Below, piece by piece: positions 1 through 9,917 of a stretch of 12,266 nucleotides of DNA. Origin of the DNA: Amoeboaphelidium protococcarum X5 (Eukaryota > Fungi > Aphelidiomycota). The notes under the pieces were generated by a model, which was given only the letters and a program-made list of their open reading frames with translations, had not been told where the DNA came from and ran no database searches. The stretch's first letter is position 1, and every line of letters starts with the position of its first letter. The stretch is from positions 1 through 12,266 of the forward strand of contig JALDTO010000016.1 in NCBI GenBank assembly GCA_023515725.1, given 5' to 3'. The position numbers and the translations under genes were made by a program.

Positions 1-279
<279 letters not shown>

Positions 280-561
280 TTGTGATCAGCTTTATAGTTT
301 GAACCCTGAACTGAAAGTAATAAACAAACCATACTTAAGATTTTAATTAGCTAGCAGCTTGTCCTAATAACATGCGTTAGTACTTTATATTCCTACTAGA
401 AGTTTCTTGACAACAGACATCCTATGATTAAATCTCCACGCTTTCTCATAGGTATTAAGTTTTGTTCTCTTTTCAATGGTAAAGTCCAAGCATTGTTAAT
501 TATTTTATTCGATATTTTTTTAATCGCTTGAGTTTAAATTATATTTATTATATTTCTGATT

Positions 562-1371
562 ATGCCGGTGGATGTAAGAGCGAAAAGAGTATTGGTGGTG
601 TTTGATTTTGACTGGACAATGATTGAAGATGACTCTGATCATCACATTGTTGAGCATCTGGCTCTGGAGCTGGTACCTAAAATCTATGAGCTGAAACAGC
701 AGATGCAATGGACTGATTTGATGCATCATCTGGTTGGGTTGATCCATGATAAGCTGACTGGAGAAGGGTGTACTGCTGGCGAGTGCGAACAGAGGATAAA
801 GCAGTGCCTTCGTAAGATTAAGCTAGGTGCTGGATACATAGCGGGATTGAAGTAATTGAAAAGTATGCCAAATGTTGAAGCAAAAGTTGTTATACTGTCT
901 GATGCCAACCACGTATTTATCAGCGAAATTCTAGAGGGAAATAACGCTTCACATCTGGTCGATTCTATCATTACTAATCCGGCTCACTTTGATCAGACTG
1001 GCCGTCTGAACATTGAGCGCCACTGGAAACCATCACAGGGCCATCACGGTTGCACACTAGGTACATGTACAGTGAACATTTGTAAAGGGAGAGAGTTGTT
1101 GCAACTGCAGCAGTAGGATGGTGCGTATGATTTAATCTTTTATGGCGGTGATGGCCGTAATGACTTTTGTCCCATCCTAAAGTTATCGGAAAGTGATCAC
1201 GCGTTGGTACGTAAAGGTAAGAATCTGGAGCGACTGATCTTGCGTAAATTTGACTCTCAGGATGGCATCAATCTACCAGATGTCAAAGCTCAAATACATT
1301 ACTGGGACTAGCCTGAGTAAGTGATGAAAACTGTATGCGACATTGTGCAAAAAAGTAATCCATTAAATTGA
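562..1371 (+). CDS. PHOSPHO1/PHOSPHO2-like HAD phosphatase (pyridoxal-phosphate/phosphoethanolamine phosphatase family), 269 aa with TAR=Gln
   Basis: Joins track ORFs 562-855 and 856-1116 and continues in frame through TAA 853, TAG 1114, TAG 1309 and TAA 1318 to TGA 1369-1371. Motifs: HAD motif I VVFDFDWT, ILSDAN, ITNPA, NICKG, and YGGDGRNDFCP, which lies only after the TAG at 1114. Confidence 0.92.
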
Positions 1372-1429
1372 ACATACAATCAGTAGTCTATATGCACAAT
1401 CTTTATAGATCATTTATTATTACTCTCTA

Positions 1430-2122
1430 TCATTCTTCCTAATGGAACATTTAATTTGGATCATATCCTAGCATGGTGTGCATCTTGACAAACATTTCAA
1501 AGAGATAATCATAACATTCCGCCATACATTTCGCATCTTACCAACTCTTGCCCCATACGTAGACACCGTGTCGCCTAACCAATACAGCGTTTGTATCAGG
1601 ATACTTTTGTATGGCTTCACGCAGAGAATCGGTCAGATCCTCTTCATGAGCAGTATTTTCAATAATGGGAATAGTGATAGTATCATAATAGCAATGTCTC
1701 TTGTCCGAATCTCCGATCCTAATGCCTTTAATCATTTCCAAATGCGATAATTTCAGCTCAGACTGATTGTACTTCTCGCAAATCAGAGTGGCCATTACCG
1801 CATTCTAGCTGTGAGTGTGGATACAAGCATAGGTATCAGCCCGCTCCTGGTAACACGTAAGAAATAGAGGTGTGCACTGGGACATCTTCAAAGGCTTTCC
1901 ATTTTTACCAGGTGGCGGCGTATACAACACTTTTCCAGATTCTAATGACTGAATAAATATGTTCTCTGCCTGCAATCGCTCCTTTTACACACCAGATGGC
2001 GCGATGTGTACATTATCCCCGTCCCTAATCGACATTCCTCCACCAGTGCCAGTCACCCATCCCAGATGATAAAACTACGCGCACAAGTCGCAAATTAATT
2101 ATTACGCGTTATCTTCAGTCAT
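1430..2122 (-). CDS. MDE1: Methylthioribulose-1-phosphate dehydratase (MtnB/APIP/Mde1, class II aldolase family, methionine salvage), 230 aa with TAR=Gln
   Basis: ATG at 2122 to TGA at 1432-1430. Translation contains [74 protein letters not shown] and [14 protein letters not shown] on the minus strand at 1418-1413. Confidence 0.96.
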
Positions 2123-2245
2123 TACAACTTTGAGATTCCTTGAAGAAATACAGTGAGAAAATGAATAAATCGTTTAATAAAAATTTTCGTTCATTTTTAT
2201 AAATACACAAGCAATACCTATTAGTACTCACGACATTCAAGAAAC

Positions 2246-2800
2246 TCATTGTGGTGATGAGTGAAATGACTCGCAGTAAGTTGCTCCATTAGCGCCGATA
2301 CTCATCGCGTACGGACAGTCAGCTGGGATGGCATAAGACTAGCCTGCCGTGAGTGACACAACCTTCTCCTAACCAGAGTCAGTGCAAATGACAACAAGAG
2401 TCAGAGATCCAGTTAAGACCTTGAGAATGATGTCATAATCGTATGATTGATCAGGATGACAGACATGAGCCTCGTCCTTCACTACGCGTTAATGTTTCAG
2501 GTGTTGCTTTAAGGCGATATTACAGTCAGTTTCAGATTTGACCGCAGATTATTATTGCTATTGCTATTATTGTTGCTACTGCCATTTAAAATTACTATTA
2601 CCCTTTGGAATCGACTCTTTCTACAGCTACTAATTCAATAGCTACGACTGCATTTGTAAAAGACCAGTCAAATCATTGATCAGCAGCTTTTGAGACTGCT
2701 GCTTCTATTAGTGAAGAATCTAACACAAAACACACACATTATCAGTGAACAACTTCTCTCTCTCAGCCTAAAACAAATCTAATCCAGGTAGTGTCAGCAT
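2246..2800 (-). CDS. Hypothetical Gln-rich protein with a C-terminal cupin-like domain, about 184 aa (5' end uncertain)
   Basis: TGA-free frame from ATG 2800 to TGA 2248-2246. Contains an 11-Gln run, then KDEAHVCHPDQSYDYDIILKVLTGSLTLVV...VSLTAGQSYAIPADCPYAMSIGANGATY, which fits cupin spacing (VLxGxLxL and LxxGxxxxIPAxxxH). Acceptor-like sequences near 2720 and 2768 mean the 5' part may be spliced. Confidence 0.7.
2549..2581 (-). repeat. Polyglutamine tract (Q11) using all four YAR codons
   Basis: Minus strand reads CAG TAG CAA CAA TAA TAG CAA TAG CAA TAA TAA, in frame with the cupin-like ORF. Confidence 0.8.
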
Positions 2801-3549
2801 TATATTGTATGGATGTATCTACTGTATTTCATTCAAAGTTTAATAGAAAGGAATGCTGGAATAAGACGTATTGCTAGAAAGTCAATGTTACAGAGGCTGG
2901 CTGGCTTACATCATCAGTCGCTTTTGTGATTGCACGACAATTTATTGACGTGATTTGATCGATTTTCAGACCGCGTCAACTCTCTACTGCTTTAGATGTC
3001 AGTCACCCTTGTAAATTGTTTAATTTCACACGTGAATGCCTAATGGCATTGTTAAAATTGCATTTTTATATTTTCCCTGACTCAGATGAAATACACTTTA
3101 GACCAACTCTTGTTAGTCTCACTTAAAATTAGTGTGTGTATTGTTAGTGTACTGTTTATGAGTTGATGATTGAATCATCCTTTACAGTGAGTGGACGAAT
3201 AGCTGGAGACTGGCAAATTGATGCCGTTTGATTTAATAATACCACGTTTAAAATCTTACTTCACGTAGAAGGTGCATTAAATACAGCCAACCACTGCTAG
3301 AGACAACTATGCCGTTTCAAGTAAAGCTCACTTGGGGACCTGAAACGGAAATAAATTCCTGTGACGTGCGCGGCGGAAACTAATTTTTTTCATGATCGTC
3401 GGCTTGTTTGTGGTTTCTCACTTTGTAATCTGATTTCTACTTGATATTGTTTGTATCTTGTGATATAATACAGAATTTCTTAATTTCTATTCACTTTAAC
3501 TGATAATATATATATTATTCATCTTACTTGTCAAAGAGAGTAGGAAAGA

Positions 3550-6500
3550 ATGAATTCACTGTTACCGTATGCAGTTGAGAGGAGCTAGAACAATGTTTAA
3601 GAGATTCTGTAGTGCGAGGATATGATACAGCTCACTTTACTTAGTAGACGTCTGGAGGCCTCGTTCTAGTTCAAGTATCCGCCACTGCCAATGGAAGAGT
3701 ATCGGCAGCTAGTTGAATATTATTTGAAGGCCCTCAATTAATTGTTGAATATGGATGGCGATGAATTTGCATTGATTCCTCAAGATACTCTGGAGATTGC
3801 CAAGTAGGTTATTTGCACTCTGATTATTGTTATTGAACGTCATCATTATTATGATATCACCTTGTAACTGGATATGCTTAAATTCTATCGTACATTTACC
3901 AAGCTGTACAAGTAAAATTCCGTGTTGATACCTAGTTTTTTAAAGTTGGTTCCCATCATTCGCAAATGGTTCACTCTATCTGATGATCAGCTGAAGATCA
4001 TGGTCCAGTCCATTTAGCCGCATCATAAAACTTAATTAGTATTTGCCCATTCAATGCTCTGTCTCTTTTGTCCAACTGATCCTAAAGCTGTCAGTGATGA
4101 AATGATTTTTAAAGTTCTGGACTGGTTAATGTTCACTCACACTATGATCACCATGAGATGCCTCGATATGAACTTTGTGGATTTTCTGAGTCGCACCGTA
4201 TTTGATAGATATCCACATTTCAAGCTGACTAAAGAACATTAATTGCTATTGCTTTAGATTATTTTGAGATGGCTTGAAGTTCCTGCTGGATCTGGACTGA
4301 ATAATTAGAATTGGACTGTTGGCTCTGGCAATCCGCTTTCATTTGCCACTTACTAGAATCATTCTATTGCCCAGTATGAGGGATAAGGCTCCCTTTTTTC
4401 AAAGCATAGAAGGGACAAGTTCAAGAGTGCCTCTATTGCTATCATTTATGGAGTCGACGATTTTTAATTACTAAAATCCTTGATAAAGTCTGTGGATGTG
4501 TATGTTCATCCAAGTAGTCATAGCAGTTGTACTGGTAGAATTGTCAAGCTAGTGGCACTGTTATGTGAGACTCTTCATTCTCGTGTCCGCATGGAGAAAT
4601 ATGGTTAGACAAGATATGAAGAGAATGCGTTTATCTCGCATGAAGATCTATCTCATCGAGTCAGATTATTCTATTCTTTATTGGAGGTGTCTGTGTTTGG
4701 AAAGGATTAGAAGAGTGTCAGCGAATCTTTGGCTGGTATTAGACATTTGGCATGGTTGGCGCCAGAGATTATCAATGATGCCGTTGTGAAAGTGCTTCCC
4801 AGTCTGGAAGGTGTTGATATGGCGCATAGAACTTCCAGCAGTTTATAAATGTTGTCTTATATGAGCATTCCTATGATTCATAGATTTCATAATCCATCTG
4901 GTGCAGAGTAGATGAATATGCTCCTGCGTCTGTCTCTGCCTGGCATTGATATGAATGATCCCAACAAGACTTTTAATACTCTGTTAATGTACTGCAAATT
5001 GTTTGTGTTCATACCATTACATTAGACTTCTACAGTCGGTGTTAAGCGTGAACTTCCATCTGATCTTGCACGATACAGAGGTCCAGTAAATGGTTAGTCA
5101 ACTCATGGCGATGCTCAAGATTTAGAAGCATAAATAGAAAGTACTGCTATTCTCACGTAGTATTTACCAGAGTTTTTGTTCGAATTGCTTAACAAAATTG
5201 AAGTGCTGATAGAGAACTTGCCTAGATTGTCTGAGACTAATGCCACAATTGAAGGCAACCTGATGCATGTCGTTGTGTTTCTGTGTGATATTCTGTTCCG
5301 CTAATGCAGTGTGAGTAATCTTGACATTGTAGAGACCTGGCTTATCAAGATTATAAATATGGCAGCCATCCCTGCCAGCAAATTTATTTCGTAGATAATA
5401 TCCATCTACCTTATTGCGCGTCCAAATGCCATTAAAAAGATTGCAGACTATATCCAAGTATCGATTGAGCGTGAAATCGAGTACGGTTCCGGTCGAAAGG
5501 CTTCTATTATCAAACATTCTCACGAGTCCCAACAGGAGCTGGTTGGCGATTATATGTTGTGGTACTATCTTATTCTGTATCGCGGCTGTGCCATGTCTGT
5601 CGGTCATGCATTTGGTTCTAATATTCCAAATTCTACCGCTGTATGTCAGTAGATGGTTGAAAATGCATCGCGCTGGCTCTCACAGGTGGAATCAAGGACG
5701 TGTTATTCTGTTATCACACGTATTTTGCGTTGTGTGTTGAGCAGTGTGGGTTCTATATTTGTACTGGAACGCGGCGCTATCTCTAATGATTGTACACCTG
5801 ATGCTGCCACTTAGCACTCTTTCCTCTGGGGACTCAGTCCTTATGAGCGAGTGTGCTAGAAGCTTGGATAACCGCTAGGATCTTTTATTCTGGATGAGAG
5901 ACGCCACAAGAGCAATGATGGTGAATCAGTGTAAAAGGCTTTGCCACAAGAGTAGTTTTGGAATGAAATCAAGTCGGAACTTAATATTCAATGGCACATT
6001 CCTAGTGATTAAGAGAAGAAATTGGCTTTGAGCATTGTTAAGACTACAGTTGAACCTCTGATTGCCGAACTTAGCCGTTTCAGTGCTATTGCTGGGCGAT
6101 AATCAGCGACCTCTGATTAGAATACCGCCCAGAATCTATGCAAATGTCTTACTCAGATATATCATGCAATCCAAGGAATGGCTACCCTTTTGGACGTGGA
6201 TTACGCGAATGTGAACAAGGATGATTCCGCTCGCGCTCGCTTCTCCTCAGTGTCCAGTGTCGATGAAGACTTTTCATTACCTGAACAGTAGGATATTGCC
6301 ATGTAAGAGTCTTTGGAAGATTTAATTGGCGGATAGGGAGGAGATTTTGCGGATCATGGCATAGAAGAAGGGCATTACTTAAAGAAACCTCTACCTGCTG
6401 GCTATGTATTCACGGATCCCAACTCTGATGAGTACAAGTATGTGTTGTCGGTGAGACATAAGATTGGTTAGTCTTTGTTGTAAGTTTGTCAATTCATGAA

Positions 6501-9500
6501 AGATAATCTTAGTGATAATATCGATTGTCAGATCATGCTTGTAAAGTCCATACGCGCGTATTTGGTTGATCGCGGTTTGGAGAAGGATCGGTATGATGAT
6601 TACAGTCGAGCTTACTCGTTTATGAAGAGTGTTCTGCGCGTTGGTTCTCGTAGAGAGTATAAGATGTATTCACAATATTTGTGGCTAAAGAGACTGCAAC
6701 TGGCTCATCATGCGAGATTGAAGCATAATAGCTTGAGCGAGAAGGGAAATCTGGTTGATATTTAACTTTGCCGGCAGTTACTTGGTCATTTGGTAGAGTT
6801 TGCAACTGGGAATTACACGGATGTTCGTATAGAATCTTAACATGTGCTCTTGAAGCTGCTTAGCTCTTTTGCCAAATTGAAGTATCATTTTCTAGATCAG
6901 ACTTTTGAGCTTATTAGAGAAACTTTGAAGCTCTTGGCCAAGTCTCCTAAAGATTCTTTGTTGCTGAATAGACTCAAAGGCGCTCTGAATATTTTGTCGT
7001 TGAAGCCGTTCAGCAATGTTTATCGTCGGCGATGGAAGTACATATCCAAATTTTTGATGTCAGTGGTCAAGTGCTTAGCAGTAGATAATGCCCACATTCA
7101 GGATTTGGTGCACAATGTTTTTCTAGAATTCATCAATAAGTTTCAGAGTCCGCCTTTATCCGTCAACAGACTGGAGTTTGTTAAAGCCTCTGACGCCAAT
7201 TTTACTCAAGTGCAGAGTAAACGCTTCAGCGAGCATTTGTAGATTTATAATGATTTGATTGTTTCGCTATTGCACTTGGAGTAGGTGGCCAGTCATTGGA
7301 AAAGTAGTGCTTTCATTTTGAACATGGTGGATATGTTGTTGAGACCGGATGTTCCTTTGAGGTAAGAGGTTGTGACTGCTATTGTATCCAATGTTAATAA
7401 TGAGTCTCTAGCTGTAAGAAAAGTTGCATAGGCAGCTTTTGTTGGCCTGGTAAAGAAGATTAAGGTGCGCAATCAGGTATTGGATCATAAGATTCCTTAG
7501 AAGTATAAGCTGATTGCTTCATAATAGCAGTATGATAGCACAGGGACCGCCGGGTAGACGGAACTGTTCATCGACGATCAATCTCTTGGCTGGCTGTTTA
7601 GTCCTTCCAGTTTTAAGGCTTATTTGAAGAATGTTGATGATGCAAATTCGCTCTTGTATAAATTGAAATCTACCGCTGAATTACCTGTGTATTAGAGTCT
7701 GATAAATTTGGTGTCTAGCTCCGAGTTTTGGTAATCCTTGCTGAAATTTAATGCTTTAGAGTCGACCAAGTTTAATTCTAAACGCGCCGCATAGCCTGGA
7801 GAAGAGCACTTTTCAACTATGAATGTAAACGTGTATAAGTAGATCTTTAGAGTATTTGAGGATCAGGTTCTGTATAAAGTTATTAGTCCCATGGTAGAGC
7901 CTTGGTTCAATAAGTTGGATGATAAAGCCTTGAGTAGAGCGGCCTCAGAGTTTTCTACTGGTCTGGTGCTTGGCAGTAAGTTGTGGTCGCTGTAGAAGAA
8001 GGACAAGTTGTGGAACTGGTTAACTCCGCTGTTGAGAAAAGCTTTGCTGGGATGTACTTAAGAGAATTTGTAGTTCTGGCATTACTTTATACGTTTATCC
8101 TGCTCCCATCACGACTTGCACAGAAGAGTTTAATTGCAATAGCTTCTTCTTGATGATCCTCTGCTGGCCATTAACATTGACGCATAGACGTCGTCATTTG
8201 CCGAGTTGAAGAAGTTGAAGTTCAAATTCTATTTTATGGCTGCTTATTAGTTCAAGTTAAAGCCTCAAGCTTAGAAAATGGCTTTGGAGTATGCCAAACT
8301 TATCACATGTCCATCCAAGTAGGTTCGTGAAATGCTTGCTCTTAACATAAGTCAATGTCTTCTTGCATCTTATCAACCTAATGAGCTAGTAGATTAATTG
8401 CAGATGCCAAAGCTTGAAGGGTGGAGATAGCTACTCACTGTAGATCAAAATAGCTTGCAACTGTTCGAGTCTCTATCATCAATCGACAGGTAGAACAGAG
8501 ACTCGGTGGTGGGAAAAGTTTACGGATCAGAATTTGGATAATCTGCTAAATCAATGTTGTAATTTATTGTGGAGCCCATATCTGCTGGGTAAGGTCATCG
8601 TATTATGCCTCTTCTGCTACAATGTAATAGTCCCTATATTCAAGATTTACTTTGTCTGTAGTCTGTTGACGATTTAGAACTTGCCAATGCTGCAGTCAAT
8701 GTTCTATCTATTATTCCAGACATGAGTATTCCGCACTATGAACGCTAAAGTTTCACCAAGACACTTCTCGATGCATTCCGCACAGCTTTAGTAGAATGCG
8801 CATCTAAAGACGACGAGTCCAAGAGAAAGATTAAGCTTCGCATTCTCGCAATGTTGCAAGTTGTCACTGTGAGAAATATTCTGTTCATTCTGAAGGAGTA
8901 GGAGATTGTTGATGTAGTTGTGTCGCTATGTCTTGAATTGTTGGTGGATTAAAGTGTCGAGGTGAGAATATTGGCTGGTATTACTATTGGTGGTCTCGTG
9001 AGATTATTCAATAGCCAGTCACTGATTGATGTCTTGCGTAAGAAATTTGTATCTTTTGTTGCCGCCTCTGGAAAAGAATCTAGTAGTGGAGGAGGTAGTA
9101 TGTCTATTGCAAAGAAACACGGTGGAATCCTGGGATTGTGTGCATTGATACAGGCATATCCTCATGATATCAAGTCTTTCACCGCTGAGATTCTGGTGCA
9201 GTTGTCAAGACATTTGAAAGATCAGTCGCCTATTGACCGCTCTGTGAAATTGCTTTTCGCTAGTTTCCGCAAGTCTCATCAGGATACCTGGCATCAGGAT
9301 GTTTTAAACGGAGAACAAGAAGATTATTACGATATTTATGGTTACAGTAGAAATAAGAATGGAAGTGGTGGAAAGCGCGATAAAGCAGCCAATCAGCAGA
9401 GTGCTGTCGTCGCCGGTGATGATGATGTTCGTAATGGAAAGTTTACGCAGGCGCAATTAGACAAGCTAGAAGGATTGCTTACTAGTGCATCAACTTACTA

Positions 9501-9507
9501 TGCATGA
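3550..9507 (+). CDS. BLM10: Proteasome activator PA200/Blm10 (PSME4), 1985 aa, intronless, TAR=Gln
   Basis: One frame-1 reading frame of 5958 nt with no TGA until 9505 and about 73 in-frame TAA/TAG by hand count. PA200-like motifs in the expected order: NSLLPYA, YVHPS, LPGIDMNDPNKT, IQWHIPS, YTDVR, RAASEFSTGLVLGSKLW, LLVDQSVEVR, KHGGILGLCALIQAYPHD, FRKSHQDTW, and a C-terminal HbYX tail YYA followed by TGA TGA. Confidence 0.95.
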
Positions 9508-9700
9508 TGATGTGTACAATTCTTTGTATTTAATATAAAAATTGATTACGAAAATTATTTCAGTCGTCTTCCATTCACCTGAATTTTACTCTGACAGCAT
9601 GGTAAATGTCGCCGCCTCCCTCAGCTCTTTCAATTAAAGATCGTGATCAGGAGCGAGATTAGTCGAAACCGCTAATGAGCCCCTGAACATGCAGCTCAGA

Positions 9701-9754
9701 AATGAAATAGAGGCGCAGTGGGGCAATATTTTTCTCATTGCCGCCTATTTCATT
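9701..9754. repeat. Imperfect inverted repeat / long hairpin in the BLM10 to I-BAR spacer
   Basis: AATGAAATAG (9701-9710) is the exact reverse complement of CTATTTCATT (9745-9754). The inner arms GGCG-CAGTGGGG and TCTCATTG-C-CGCC pair with G-U wobbles on the + strand. Confidence 0.6.
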
Positions 9755-9917
9755 CACCTTCTTTAACACGGAAAACTCGCGCGTTATTCATCTTAGTTCA
9801 GTGGCTATTATCTGATTGTCAAGTAGAGAATTTATTCAATATACCTTACGGCCGGCTGCTTTAGATAACACTAATAGGATTCTCGTTGAAATTACATATA
9901 AATCATCATCACTAATA

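Noticed and set aside
520-1750. Track ORFs 520-747(-), 726-971(-), 1478-1750(+)
   Set aside because: Antisense shadows of the phosphatase and MtnB genes, with no recognisable motifs.
2246-2490. Cupin as a true acireductone dioxygenase (ADI1/MtnD)
   Set aside because: Lacks the EHxHxxxE and distal His ligands and the ARD flanking sequence. Kept only as a generic cupin.
2874-2909. Possible 36-nt minus-strand intron (GTAAGC...TTCTAG) extending the cupin-like gene upstream
   Set aside because: Plausible, but it would give a first coding exon of only about 2 codons. It cannot be supported without transcript data.
4565-6805. Track ORFs 4565-4789(+), 5164-5607(-), 5414-5740(+), 6620-6805(-)
   Set aside because: Off-frame or antisense to the continuous BLM10 frame.
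9660-9860. RNase MRP (minus-strand GGGGCTCATT at 9683-9674), U1 (ATACCTTAC at 9841) or SECIS
   Set aside because: No matching GARAGUCCCC partner for MRP P4; the U1 5' end ATACTTACCTG is not matched; the hairpin base is Watson-Crick rather than a GA quartet, and no convincing Sec ORF is present.
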